64,000 bases of DNA from Candidatus Cryptobacteroides sp. GTDB lineage: Bacteria; Bacteroidota; Bacteroidia; Bacteroidales; UBA932. The stretch lies in contig JBJEBN010000115.1 of assembly GCA_051870095.1 (NCBI GenBank), positions 10,000-73,999 on the forward strand, read 5' to 3'. The notes under the pieces were generated by a model, which was not told the origin of the DNA, did no database searches, and was given only the letters and a program-made list of their open reading frames with translations. Positions within the stretch are counted from its first letter, which is position 1. Each line of letters opens with the position of its first letter. Both the position numbers and the translations under genes were made by a program. Below are positions 1-9,560 of this stretch, piece after piece.

Positions 1-187
1 TGCGGAAGACCTTATATATTATGGTCTCGAATACAAATTCGTGACTTTATATCTGACCGGAGAACTCACTTACGACCAGATGCGCACCCAACTCGCCACA
101 GCCATCCACCAGTTTGCCAAGAGGCAGATGACCTGGTTCCGAGGGATGGAGCGCAAAGGCATCAGAATCCATTGGGTGGAGGTCTGA
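1..187 (+). CDS. miaA: tRNA dimethylallyltransferase, C-terminal fragment (5' end outside window)
   Basis: Manual translation from base 2: AEDLIYYGLEYKFVTLYLTG...AIHQFAKRQMTWFRGMERKGIRIHWVEV*, stop TGA at 185-187. GLEY and AKRQMTWFR are MiaA C-terminal motifs. Confidence 0.88.
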   Translation, partial: AEDLIYYGLEYKFVTLYLTGELTYDQMRTQLATAIHQFAKRQMTWFRGMERKGIRIHWVEV

Positions 188-246
188 ATCCACCTTGAGG
201 AATGTACCCTTCCCTGAAAGTGGAAGTTCACAGAATCACTTATGCT

Positions 247-1068
247 TCAGTCCTGATAGAACTTGGATCTGACTGATACTCCGGAAGGAGTAAGGAAATG
301 GTGGTTTTCATCTTTCCATCTGTCTTCGTCCCACCTCGGGCTGACATAGTCCCCCTCATGGTCCGCAACGAAAGACAGATAAGTGATTTCAATCCCCTGT
401 GCAAGATATTGCGACTCATAGAATGTCTGGACCTCGAAAAGAGCCTCCACGGCGGTGCGTCCGCATACCGAACTGAGTTCGCTCTCATACAATCTATCGT
501 GATCCTCCCCGTAAATATCGGTAGCACAGGCAAGTATCTTCAGGCCGTTCTGCTCCGCCATTGCTCGGGAATATTCATGGAGATAGCGGCTGTCAGTTTT
601 CAGATGGACTATTCCTCCCGGTTTCAGGAAATTGCGGTATCTGTTCATAAACAATGGACTGGTTAGCCTCTTTTTCTCCCTGCCGATCTGAGGGTCGGCA
701 AAAGTAATCCAGATTTCAGACACCTCACCCGGTGAGAAAAGCGATTCAAGGAACTCGATTCGGGTGCGCAGGAAAGCCACATTGGCAAGAGAATGTTCCT
801 CGACATATTTGGCACCCTTCCAAAGACGGGCCCCTTTGATGTCGATACCGATATAATTGCATGACGGATTGCGCTCCGCAAGATCTGCCGTATATTCTCC
901 CTTACCGCACCCGAGCTCCACGACTATTGGATTGTCATTCCCGAACATATCAGCCCCCCAACGGCCTTTGAGAGGGTGGTCGTGACCGAGAACCTGGTCG
1001 GTGGAAGGCTGCACGAGGCATTTGAAGGTTTCGTTCTCCTTGAATTTTCTGAGTTTGTCCTTTCCCAT
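247..1068 (-). CDS. trmB: tRNA (guanine-N7)-methyltransferase
   Basis: ELGCGKGEY, GIDIKGARLW, FADPQ, KKRLTS and LKTD motifs; N-terminal MGKDKLRKF typical of Bacteroidetes TrmB. Confidence 0.93.
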   Translation of the reverse strand: MGKDKLRKFKENETFKCLVQPSTDQVLGHDHPLKGRWGADMFGNDNPIVVELGCGKGEYTADLAERNPSCNYIGIDIKGARLWKGAKYVEEHSLANVAFLRTRIEFLESLFSPGEVSEIWITFADPQIGREKKRLTSPLFMNRYRNFLKPGGIVHLKTDSRYLHEYSRAMAEQNGLKILACATDIYGEDHDRLYESELSSVCGRTAVEALFEVQTFYESQYLAQGIEITYLSFVADHEGDYVSPRWDEDRWKDENHHFLTPSGVSVRSKFYQD

Positions 1069-1070
1069 TT

Positions 1071-1541
1071 TTATTCATGATTATGTTTCAGGATGACCCC
1101 CATGCCATGCAGTCCTGATATATCGGGCAACGAGAGATACATTTTCCATTCCCCCGCCTCTACAGGAACCGCTCCTGTGCGGTATTGAACCGAGAAATCA
1201 TGTACTGAACCTCCCTGACCCCCGAATGAGTCCAACGGGACATAAACTGTTTCTGAATATGCTTTTCCTGACGGAGATATCAAATCTATTCCTACAGGAA
1301 ATTCTGCCAATTTGGAAAACTCTTTGGCGCGGCAATCAATTCGGGAATATAAAGATATGTCATAGTTCGCCGTGGTGTCGGACATTTCGAGAATGAATTG
1401 CAGACGGCCAAGCGAATCCGCCTTGGTGACAGGAACATACAACACGTCCTTGTCCAGAGACGAACATCCGGAGAGGATTAACGCAGAGGACATGATGGCA
1501 AAAATTGCCGCCAACCGAAATTTTCCTGAAAGTGATGACAT
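1071..1541 (-). CDS. gldH: GldH-family lipoprotein
   Basis: Lipobox-like LILSGC; 156 aa; directly downstream of a PSP1/RicT gene as is usual in Bacteroidetes; C-terminal LHGMGVIL resembles the GldH terminus. Confidence 0.6.
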   Translation of the reverse strand: MSSLSGKFRLAAIFAIMSSALILSGCSSLDKDVLYVPVTKADSLGRLQFILEMSDTTANYDISLYSRIDCRAKEFSKLAEFPVGIDLISPSGKAYSETVYVPLDSFGGQGGSVHDFSVQYRTGAVPVEAGEWKMYLSLPDISGLHGMGVILKHNHE

Positions 1542-1546
1542 CCGGA

Positions 1547-2845
1547 TCAGTCGTTATCAGCCGGTTTTGCAGATGATTCTTCCCCTTTGGCAGACTGTTG
1601 AGGCTTCTGACGCTTGTCCCGTTTCTGCCACTGACGTTTGTCCGGCCTCCTCTGACCTCCATCCTGCTGTCTCTGCGATGCCTCCTGAGGCTTCTGGACT
1701 GATTCCTGGTCTGCCGGGGCATTGTTGTTCTTCGGAGATTTCTTTTTCTTGCGGCGTCTGCGCGACTCATCAAAACGGGTAATGCTGTCATCGCCTACGG
1801 CTGTCACGAACTCTGGAACAGAAGGCTCCGGCTCTGTCTGGAGAGATTCAGGCTTGATGCCGTTGCGGTTCATCTTGATGATTTCACGGACCTCTGAAGC
1901 ATCGAGCGCATAGAGGTTGGAAAGCGAGGTCTGGTCATAGGAGAAATACATTATCTCCTTAAGGATATCAGTCTTCATCAGATAGGCAAGGCCGTCCTCG
2001 AACTCGAGAGGTCCTGTCACCTTCGGAATCCTTGACTGGGCATCCATATAGGCCGCGGTCTCATAGTTGAGGCAGCATTTCAGCTTGCCGCACTGGCCTG
2101 CCAGCTTCTGTGGATTGAGGGAGAGGTCCTGACAACGCGCCGCAGAGGTTGTAATAGACTGAAAACTTGATATATAGTTGGAGCAGCACAGTTCCCTACC
2201 GCACACACCGAGGCCGCCTATGAGACCTGCCTCCTGGCGGGCGCCAATCTGCTTCATCTCTATCCTGATGCGGAATTCGTCGGCAAACACCTTGATAAGC
2301 TGCCTGAAATCCACACGCCCGTCGGCTATGTAATAGAAAATCGCCTTGGTGCCGTCTCCCTGGAACTCGACATCGCCAATCTTCATCTCGAGTCCGAGCT
2401 CCGCCGCAATCTGGCGCGAGCGTATCATCGTCTCATGCTCACGGGCTATGGCCTCCTGCCATTTTTCAATATCGAAAAGCTTTGCCTTGCGATAGATTCT
2501 CTTGAACTCGAATGTATCAGGGTTGATTCTCTTGCATTTCATCTGGCGGGCCACTATTGGTCCTTCAAGAGTCACAATGCCGAGATCGTGACCGTTGGTG
2601 GCCTCGACTATTACAAGGTCTCCTGTCTTGATGCTCTGACCCGAGGCATTGCGGTATATCGCTTTCCTCGTATTCTTGAAGCGGACCTCGAAGAATTCCT
2701 TGTATTGTTCCTGGCTGACTCCCTGGAGCCAGTCATAGACCTCCAGCTTGCAACATCCGATACGGTAATTGCAATCGAGTTCTCCGGTGTCGTTTCGCTC
2801 CACGGTACAACCTCGGGAGCAGTCATATTGTTTTGATTCAGTCAT
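1547..2845 (-). CDS. ricT: PSP1-domain protein (RicT/YaaT-like Fe-S protein) with basic low-complexity C-tail
   Basis: YYIADGRVDFRQLIK, RIEMKQIGARQEA, GVCGRELCC and GQCGKLKCCLNYE motifs. Confidence 0.85.
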   Translation of the reverse strand: MTESKQYDCSRGCTVERNDTGELDCNYRIGCCKLEVYDWLQGVSQEQYKEFFEVRFKNTRKAIYRNASGQSIKTGDLVIVEATNGHDLGIVTLEGPIVARQMKCKRINPDTFEFKRIYRKAKLFDIEKWQEAIAREHETMIRSRQIAAELGLEMKIGDVEFQGDGTKAIFYYIADGRVDFRQLIKVFADEFRIRIEMKQIGARQEAGLIGGLGVCGRELCCSNYISSFQSITTSAARCQDLSLNPQKLAGQCGKLKCCLNYETAAYMDAQSRIPKVTGPLEFEDGLAYLMKTDILKEIMYFSYDQTSLSNLYALDASEVREIIKMNRNGIKPESLQTEPEPSVPEFVTAVGDDSITRFDESRRRRKKKKSPKNNNAPADQESVQKPQEASQRQQDGGQRRPDKRQWQKRDKRQKPQQSAKGEESSAKPADND

Positions 2846-2863
2846 ATATAGATTCGCGAATTA

Positions 2864-3922
2864 TCATTTCATATTCAGGAACATCCGGTTCACAAGGTCT
2901 GTGAATATGATCTTTGAATTCACATTCCTGTCAATCAGGGATACCGCTTTCCCGAGTTCCGGGAAAATTCTTCCGGAAAACGAGGCGGGACATCCCGATG
3001 CAGCCTTTTCGAAAAAATCCTTGTAACCGTCCTGTATATCGGCAATTTCAGGCAGTTTCTGCTGAAGCAGGAAAATCTTCCTGAGGCAGTCGGAGACAAA
3101 TATACAAAATGCTTTCTGTTTTTCACGCGACTGTGCAGCAAGTTCATTCTCAACACATTCCAAAGCGCCAAGCAGATCCCTTGCCAACAGACGGTCCATC
3201 AGGTCCGAGAAAATGTCCATGAAAGCGGTCTCATCCTCGTCCTCTCCCTCCGGCCTGCGTGACCTGACCAATGCTGCCTCATCCTTGCCGAGAGGAAGGA
3301 CCCTTATGCTCTGGCATCTTGAGAAAATCGTCTGGAGGACATTCTCGGGGGAATGGGTGATGAAAAGGAAAAGAGTGTTCTCCGGCGGCTCCTCGACAAG
3401 CTTAAGCAGACGGTTAGCCGTTTCCTGGTTCATTTTCTCCGGCAGATAGAAGACTACGGCCTTCCACCCGTCGGACACGGCCGAAAGAGACAGCTTTGAG
3501 ATGAGGTTCTTCGCCTCCGCTACCGCTATCAGACCATTCTTGCTCTCTATGCCTATGGCTTTCTGGAGATCTGCCTCGGTAAAATATGGATCCGCACAGG
3601 CGAGTGAACGCCAATAGCTGATATAGGAATCCGATGTCGGCTTGTCATCTGAAGTTTTAGGTCCTTTGTTGACCGGGAAAATAAAATGCAGGTCAGGATG
3701 TATCAGCTTCGAAACCTGACGGCAGGACGGACATTCGCCGCAGGAATCCCCATCCTTATGGTTGCGGCAATTGAGATACTGGACGAATGCAAGGGCAAGG
3801 GCCAAGGCTCCGCATCCGTCATTCTCATAAAGAAGAATGGCGTGAGGCACCCTGCCGCTGTCTGCCATTGCCCTGAGGGCTCCGGCAACTTCCCTGTTTC
3901 CTATTATATCAGCAAACCGCAT
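2864..3922 (-). CDS. holB: DNA polymerase III subunit delta'
   Basis: GRVPHAILL, CGECPSC zinc motif, HPDLHFIFP, ANRLLKLVEEPP, TIFSRCQ. Confidence 0.9.
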   Translation of the reverse strand: MRFADIIGNREVAGALRAMADSGRVPHAILLYENDGCGALALALAFVQYLNCRNHKDGDSCGECPSCRQVSKLIHPDLHFIFPVNKGPKTSDDKPTSDSYISYWRSLACADPYFTEADLQKAIGIESKNGLIAVAEAKNLISKLSLSAVSDGWKAVVFYLPEKMNQETANRLLKLVEEPPENTLFLFITHSPENVLQTIFSRCQSIRVLPLGKDEAALVRSRRPEGEDEDETAFMDIFSDLMDRLLARDLLGALECVENELAAQSREKQKAFCIFVSDCLRKIFLLQQKLPEIADIQDGYKDFFEKAASGCPASFSGRIFPELGKAVSLIDRNVNSKIIFTDLVNRMFLNMK

Positions 3923-3946
3923 GACAAGTTCATGTTACAAACAGAC

Positions 3947-4933
3947 TTAGCTGTTCCTTATAGCCACAAAATGAGCGAGTTGCACAAGAGTGGCCTTTTC
4001 AAACGTTTCCTCAAGAGTGTCGAGTGCACCGACAGCCTCACGGATATACGAGTCGAGCATCTGCTCCGCCCTGCGCAGACCTCCATTCTTCTTCACAAAT
4101 GAAATAATCTCGTCCCTGTTGGCAGGATGGGCGACAATGTCCTTTACCAACTGACGCACACGCTGCTCTTCCTCAACCGGGACCTGCGAGAAAGCCCCGA
4201 GAAGCGGAGCCGTTATCTTCTGCTCCGTCACATCCACGCCGAGAGGCTTCCCGACCGATTCCCCTCCGTCATAATCTAGGATGTCGTCCTTGATCTGGAA
4301 AGCAAGCCCGAGAGCTGTCGCATAACGGACAGCAGCATCTTCATATTCAGGAGAAGCGCCGACCGACACGGCTGCAGAACGGCATGTCGCCTCAAACAAA
4401 GAGGCTGTCTTGCAATAGATTATCCTGCAGTAATCCTCTTCTACGGTATCTCCGCTCATGGCTTTCTGAAGCTGGAGCATTTCTCCTTCGGCAAGGTCGC
4501 TGAGTGTCTTGGAAAAAATGCGGATCACTTTTGTATCAGTCTCGGTGTCACCGATTATCATATCCATGGCCTTGACAAGCCAATAATCCCCGACGAGAAC
4601 CGATACCGCCGGCCCCATCAGGGAATAGATTGTCGGCATTCCGCGCCTTCTGTCACTTTCATCCGCGACATCGTCATGGAGCAAGGTAGCATTATGCAGC
4701 AGCTCGGAGGCTGCTGCATATCTGATTGTTGCTTCCGTTATTCCATTGCCGCAAGAGCATGCTCTTGCAACGAGAAGGGCAAGAAGAGGGCGGAGCTGTT
4801 TACCTGAACGCGACAGAATCCTAGCGTTGGTCGTATCCAGAAGGTCAATGTCGCTTTTCAGGACGTCATGTATCGCCTTCACAACAGCCGTCCAATCACC
4901 GCCGAGATGTTCCCTGACAAGAGCTATATTCAT
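3947..4933 (-). CDS. Polyprenyl diphosphate synthase (IspB/HepT-like)
   Basis: GKQLRP, LHDDVADES..RRG (first DDxxD), KTASLF, FQIKDDILD (second DDxxD). Confidence 0.9.
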   Translation of the reverse strand: MNIALVREHLGGDWTAVVKAIHDVLKSDIDLLDTTNARILSRSGKQLRPLLALLVARACSCGNGITEATIRYAAASELLHNATLLHDDVADESDRRRGMPTIYSLMGPAVSVLVGDYWLVKAMDMIIGDTETDTKVIRIFSKTLSDLAEGEMLQLQKAMSGDTVEEDYCRIIYCKTASLFEATCRSAAVSVGASPEYEDAAVRYATALGLAFQIKDDILDYDGGESVGKPLGVDVTEQKITAPLLGAFSQVPVEEEQRVRQLVKDIVAHPANRDEIISFVKKNGGLRRAEQMLDSYIREAVGALDTLEETFEKATLVQLAHFVAIRNS

Positions 4934-4936
4934 TCT

Positions 4937-5521
4937 TTAGAAATAGAAGGCAAGGGAAAGTGTCACTCCCCCGAAGTTCTTGTCCTTGAATGAGTTGACA
5001 ACAGTATCAGCGGCCTCACTGACATTCGCTTTTGCAAGAGAGCCGAAGTTCCAGTTGTATCTTGCATTTATCTGGAACCTCCAGATATCGATACCGGCAC
5101 CTAAACCGACACCATATTCCCAACGGTTCAAGTCTGTCCAGTTCTTGATGTTATTGTTTAGTCCGTATCCGACGAACGGAGCAAACTCAACGAACGGACG
5201 GCATATTATTAAGTCCGGTCCCCATTGTACGGATACTGGAACTTCAAGATAGCCTACATTGATGTTGGAAATATCTTCAAACTTTGATCCCTTCACCTGA
5301 TAAAGGATGGATGGCTGGATGGCGAATCCAAGAGGAAGCTTGAACTTGAAGGCCAGGCCAGCATGGTACTGGGTAAGGGTCGAGCTCTTGATATCCTTGA
5401 ATCCGGTCGAGAATGTACATCCTCCTATGACTCCGACATTGTGCTTTGCATACATTGCAGTCTCACCGGCACACAGCAGGAGAATGCAGGCGGCGATTGC
5501 CGCAAAAAAGGTCTTCTTCAT
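4937..5521 (-). CDS. Outer-membrane beta-barrel (porin-family) protein
   Basis: Signal peptide, alternating hydrophobic strands, YLEVPVSVQW motif, C-terminal aromatic LAFYF. Confidence 0.75.
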   Translation of the reverse strand: MKKTFFAAIAACILLLCAGETAMYAKHNVGVIGGCTFSTGFKDIKSSTLTQYHAGLAFKFKLPLGFAIQPSILYQVKGSKFEDISNINVGYLEVPVSVQWGPDLIICRPFVEFAPFVGYGLNNNIKNWTDLNRWEYGVGLGAGIDIWRFQINARYNWNFGSLAKANVSEAADTVVNSFKDKNFGGVTLSLAFYF

Positions 5522-5542
5522 GATATTGTCTGGTTAAGAATA

Positions 5543-5857
5543 TTAGAGGAGAGATTCGATCTTCGCTGCTATGGTTGCCTTGGGAGCAGCACCGACAAGC
5601 CTGTCCACAAGCTCGCCGTTCTTGAAGAAAAGAAGTGTAGGAATGCTCCTGATGCCGTATTTCATCGGAACATCCTCACATTCGTCCACATTGCATTTGC
5701 AGATGACGGCCTTGCCTTCGTATTCACCGGCAAGTTCCTCTACAACAGGGGCTATTGCACGGCATGGACCGCACCATGTTGCCCAGAAATCCACCATTAC
5801 AGGCATTTCCGTATTAAGAGTTTCAGCGAAATTCGCATCTGTGATGATTTTTGCCAT
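5543..5857 (-). CDS. trxA: Thioredoxin
   Basis: VDFWATWCGPC active site, IRSIPTLLFFK, 104 aa. Confidence 0.95.
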   Translation of the reverse strand: MAKIITDANFAETLNTEMPVMVDFWATWCGPCRAIAPVVEELAGEYEGKAVICKCNVDECEDVPMKYGIRSIPTLLFFKNGELVDRLVGAAPKATIAAKIESLL

Positions 5858-5886
5858 AACTTTAAAATTTAGATGATGAATAAAAC

Positions 5887-5922
5887 AGATCTCTCCATTC
5901 GTTGCGCTCAGTCGAGATGACA
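5887..5922 (-). repeat. TGTC-tagged REP-like palindrome, 36 bp
   Basis: Minus strand TGTCATCTCGACTGAGCGCAACGAATGGAGAGATCT; same ends as the copies at 52149, 53423 and 57786. Confidence 0.8.
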
Positions 5923-5990
5923 GTATCAGTCAAACTCCCGTCGAGGTGACAGAATCCGTCAGCCGGTGACATAACAGAGAAATCCGGTCA

Positions 5991-5998
5991 CAAATATA
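5991..5998 (-). promoter_or_regulatory. Bacteroidetes -7 box (TAnnTTTG) upstream of trxA
   Basis: Plus strand caaatata = minus strand TATATTTG. Confidence 0.5.
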
Positions 5999-6038
5999 AA
6001 TATTTGCAACCGGAAATACAATTTTTCATTTTCAGCCT

Positions 6039-6332
6039 CTAATAGGATTGCTCCACGGCCCATGTGAACGCCCTGAGTCCAAGTGCAGGAGTGTCTTCAT
6101 CCTTTTCCTTAACTGCCTGAAGGATGGCATCCACCTTGTCGTCTGGTACGAATGCAAGAATTGCATTGTTCTGTGTGGGCCATGCGTGGTTGCCGAGGTG
6201 AGGTTCTCCGGTCTCGCTTCCTCGTCCGCAGATGTCCTGCCACATAGTCATTCCGCGGCATCCGAGACTTTCGATTATGTCGGCGATTTCCATGTTGTAG
6301 GCCTGGTTGTATGCTATGAATATTGCTTTCAT
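6039..6332 (-). CDS. P-II-like small protein (PG0541-type, transporter-associated)
   Basis: 97 aa, MKAIFIAYNQA...GRGSETGEPHLGNHAWPT; P-II-like size and T-loop-like segment; last gene of the RND operon. Confidence 0.7.
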   Translation of the reverse strand: MKAIFIAYNQAYNMEIADIIESLGCRGMTMWQDICGRGSETGEPHLGNHAWPTQNNAILAFVPDDKVDAILQAVKEKDEDTPALGLRAFTWAVEQSY

Positions 6333-6346
6333 TTCTTTTTGTTTTT

Positions 6347-6374
6347 AGATCCCTCGGCTTCGCTCGGGATGACA
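6347..6374 (-). repeat. TGTC-tagged REP-like palindrome, 28 bp
   Basis: Minus strand TGTCATCCCGAGCGAAGCCGAGGGATCT; its 15-bp tag end ctcgggatgacagtc is repeated at 6388-6402. Confidence 0.8.
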
Positions 6375-6425
6375 GTCATTGGAGTTACTCGGGATGACAG
6401 TCCGTTGCGAAGCCGTGAGTGATTA

Positions 6426-9400
6426 TTATATAGCGGCCTTTGCTGCTTTGCGCTGCTGACGTTTATCCTGCCATGTTGCGAATGAAGCATAAATGGTAGG
6501 AATGATGATCAATGTAACAAGTGTCGAGATTGAAAGTCCCCATGCCACTACCATACCGAGCGAGCGCCATGTCTCTGCACCTTCACCTGTTCCGAGTGCC
6601 ATAGGAAGCATACCGAGCACGGTGGTGAGTGTCGTCATGAGGATAGGCCTCAGACGGGATTTGGCTGCAATTATTGAAGCCTCTATTACTCCGACTCCCC
6701 TTTCACGCTGAAGGATAGTGTAGTCGATAAGCACAATACCGTTCTTCACCACAATACCCATGAGGATGAGGATACCGATAAGTCCCATGACTCCAAGAGG
6801 CGTTCCGGTGACAACCAATCCGATGATAACACCGACGAATGCGAATGGAATGGAGAACATGATTACGAACGGGCTCATGAACGACTCGAACTGAGATGCC
6901 ATCACAATGTAAACCAATATGATAATCATTACAAGCAGGGTGATGAGCTGTCCGAAGGTTTCCTGCTGGTCCTCGAACGAACCGCCGATCTTCACTGCGA
7001 AGTCAGTAGGCATCTCCGTAGAATCTATGCACTCCTGAGCCTGTGCAACTGCATCTGAAAGGGCCACACCATCGGCAACGACACCCTGTACGGTGATCAT
7101 CCTCTCACGGTTCTTCCTCTCGATTGAAGGCGGAACCTGAGTCTCAATGACAGTTCCGAGGTCCTTGATGCGGATTCCCTTGCCCATGCTGTTGTAAACC
7201 ATTATGTTCTCAATATCTTCGAGACTTGTCCTGAACTCAGGTGCGAGCCTTACACGGATGTCGTACTCTTCTCCGTCCTCCCTGTAGTATGACTGGGTGG
7301 ATCCGTTGATGGATGCCCTGAGGAACGAAGCCGCTGTCGTACTGTTGAGTCCATTGACCGCAAGCTTGGTCCTGTCAAAATCGACCTGATAACCAGGGAT
7401 GTACTCGTCACGGCTCAATGTTACCTGTGAGCACATGCCTCCTTCAAGCATCTTCTCCTTGATTTCGTTGGCAACCCGGTCGGTCTCGAAGAAATCGAAT
7501 CCGTAGATTTCGACATCTACTGTGGAAGCTCCGCCCTGTCCGCCGCCACCTTCTGTCACCTTGGCTTTCTTGAGTTCAGGGTATTCTGAAAGGATTCCCC
7601 TTACGACATCGGCTATTTCAGAGCAGGACCTCTCACGGGTGGACATACTTCCAATGTTGATGTTGAATGCCATGATATGGGTTCCGTTGCTCTGCATGGC
7701 GGCATAGGAGTTGTCTGTATCTGCCTCACCGAGAGAGTATGAACATGCTTCGATTTCAGGTATAGCCTCCTTGAAGCGTCCGTAAAGTTCGTGGGCAAGG
7801 GCTCTCGTAATGTCCTGACCTGTTCCGGCAGGAAGCTCAAGGTTCAGGGTGATACGCCCCTGGTCGCTCTTTGCAAAGTATTCTGTCTTCATCTTTGGCC
7901 CGAGCAGGAGGATGGTTGCTGCAAAAATTGCCAAAGCACTGCAAACGACCACTGTCCTGTGATGAACGCACCAGTTGATAACATGTCCGTAACCTCTTGA
8001 AAGCCAGTTGATGAACTTGTTGAAGTTACCGAAAATCAAATCGTGGAGCTTTCCGGTCTTTGGTTTGTAACGGAGGAACTGTGAGCAGAGCATCGGGATG
8101 AGAGTCAATGCACCGATGGTTGAGACCACCATGATGATTGAAGTGATCCATCCGAGCTGCTTGAACATCACGCCGGCCATACCGTTGATCATGGTAAGAG
8201 GCATGAACACGCAGAGCATCGTGAGGGTTGAAGCCACAACCGAGATACCTACCTCCTGTGTCGCATGGACCGCAGCCTCCTTAGGCTTAGCACCGCGCTC
8301 AAGGTGGGTCGATATATTCTCGAGAACCACGATGGCATCGTCCACGACCATACCGATTGCAAGGGACAGGGCGGACATTGATATGATATTCAATGTATTT
8401 CCTGTCGCAAACAGGTACATCAAGGATGCGAGGAGTGAAATCGGGATGGAGAGGATGATGATAAATGTAGCCCTCCACCTTCCAAGGAAGAGATAAACTA
8501 CGAGCATCACGATGAGGAAGGTGACAATAATTGTATCCTTCAACGAGTTGATGGAGTTGATGATATTGGTTGAACTATCCATCACCGTAGTCACCTGAAT
8601 ATCAGCAGGAAGGGTCTTTACAATCTTCTCCATCTCTTTCTTGACGCCCTTGATCACGCTCACGGCGTTGGCATCGGTCTGCTTCTGGATTACAATCTGG
8701 GCACCCGGCTGGCCGTTGATGTATGCCTCCTGATATTTCTCCTGGATGGTATCCTCTACACGGGCTACATCCCTAAGATATACGGCCCTGCCGCCTGAAT
8801 AACCGACGACAATATCTTCCATCTGCGACGGATCGTCAAATTCCTTCTCCACACGGATTGTATATGCGTTGGATCCGACATCAAGAGAACCGCTCGGGAT
8901 GTTCTTGTTCTCATAAGCTATGATGTTTGATATGGTGCTGACGGTGAGCCCGTAAGCTTCAAGCTTGTTCGGGTCGCAATACACCTGGATCTCCCTTTCC
9001 GGGGCACCTGCGACTGATACTGTACCTACGCCAGATACCCTCGCAAGCGGGGTTGCTACCTGGTCGTCTAGGATTTTCTCCAATGCAGGAAGGCTTTCGT
9101 TTGCGGTAGCCGCCATGATCATGATAGGCATCTCGTCAAGCGAGAATTTGAAAATCATAGGCATGGAAGCTCCGTCAGGAAGCTGCGAGTTCACGGCGTC
9201 AAGCTTGTCCCTGACATCGTTTGTCGCAACATCAATATCTACACCTTCATTGAATTCCAATGCAACGATTGAAATATTCTCCTTTGAGTTTGAAGTAATG
9301 TTCTTCAAGTCGCTGACTCCGTTGAGGGAGTTCTCAAGTAGCTTCGAGAGGTTGTTCTCGATATCTTCTGCACTGGCTCCCGGATATGAAGTCATCACGA

Positions 9401-9536
9401 GAATGACATTCGCATCGAATTTAGGGAACCTGTCTATGGATATGTTTACAAGCGAGAACACTCCGAATATGGCCAGGGCTACGAAAATAAGTGCCGTGGT
9501 CACCGGGTTGTTGACTGCTTTCCTATATATACTCAT
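6426..9536 (-). CDS. RND efflux permease (AcrB/AcrD/AcrF family)
   Basis: 1036 aa; YPGASAEDIE, VVDDAIVVLENI, KNGIVLID and RLRPILMTT proton-relay motifs. Confidence 0.95.
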   Translation of the reverse strand: MSIYRKAVNNPVTTALIFVALAIFGVFSLVNISIDRFPKFDANVILVMTSYPGASAEDIENNLSKLLENSLNGVSDLKNITSNSKENISIVALEFNEGVDIDVATNDVRDKLDAVNSQLPDGASMPMIFKFSLDEMPIMIMAATANESLPALEKILDDQVATPLARVSGVGTVSVAGAPEREIQVYCDPNKLEAYGLTVSTISNIIAYENKNIPSGSLDVGSNAYTIRVEKEFDDPSQMEDIVVGYSGGRAVYLRDVARVEDTIQEKYQEAYINGQPGAQIVIQKQTDANAVSVIKGVKKEMEKIVKTLPADIQVTTVMDSSTNIINSINSLKDTIIVTFLIVMLVVYLFLGRWRATFIIILSIPISLLASLMYLFATGNTLNIISMSALSLAIGMVVDDAIVVLENISTHLERGAKPKEAAVHATQEVGISVVASTLTMLCVFMPLTMINGMAGVMFKQLGWITSIIMVVSTIGALTLIPMLCSQFLRYKPKTGKLHDLIFGNFNKFINWLSRGYGHVINWCVHHRTVVVCSALAIFAATILLLGPKMKTEYFAKSDQGRITLNLELPAGTGQDITRALAHELYGRFKEAIPEIEACSYSLGEADTDNSYAAMQSNGTHIMAFNINIGSMSTRERSCSEIADVVRGILSEYPELKKAKVTEGGGGQGGASTVDVEIYGFDFFETDRVANEIKEKMLEGGMCSQVTLSRDEYIPGYQVDFDRTKLAVNGLNSTTAASFLRASINGSTQSYYREDGEEYDIRVRLAPEFRTSLEDIENIMVYNSMGKGIRIKDLGTVIETQVPPSIERKNRERMITVQGVVADGVALSDAVAQAQECIDSTEMPTDFAVKIGGSFEDQQETFGQLITLLVMIIILVYIVMASQFESFMSPFVIMFSIPFAFVGVIIGLVVTGTPLGVMGLIGILILMGIVVKNGIVLIDYTILQRERGVGVIEASIIAAKSRLRPILMTTLTTVLGMLPMALGTGEGAETWRSLGMVVAWGLSISTLVTLIIIPTIYASFATWQDKRQQRKAAKAAI

Positions 9537-9560
9537 ATTTGTATCTAATTATTTATGAGA

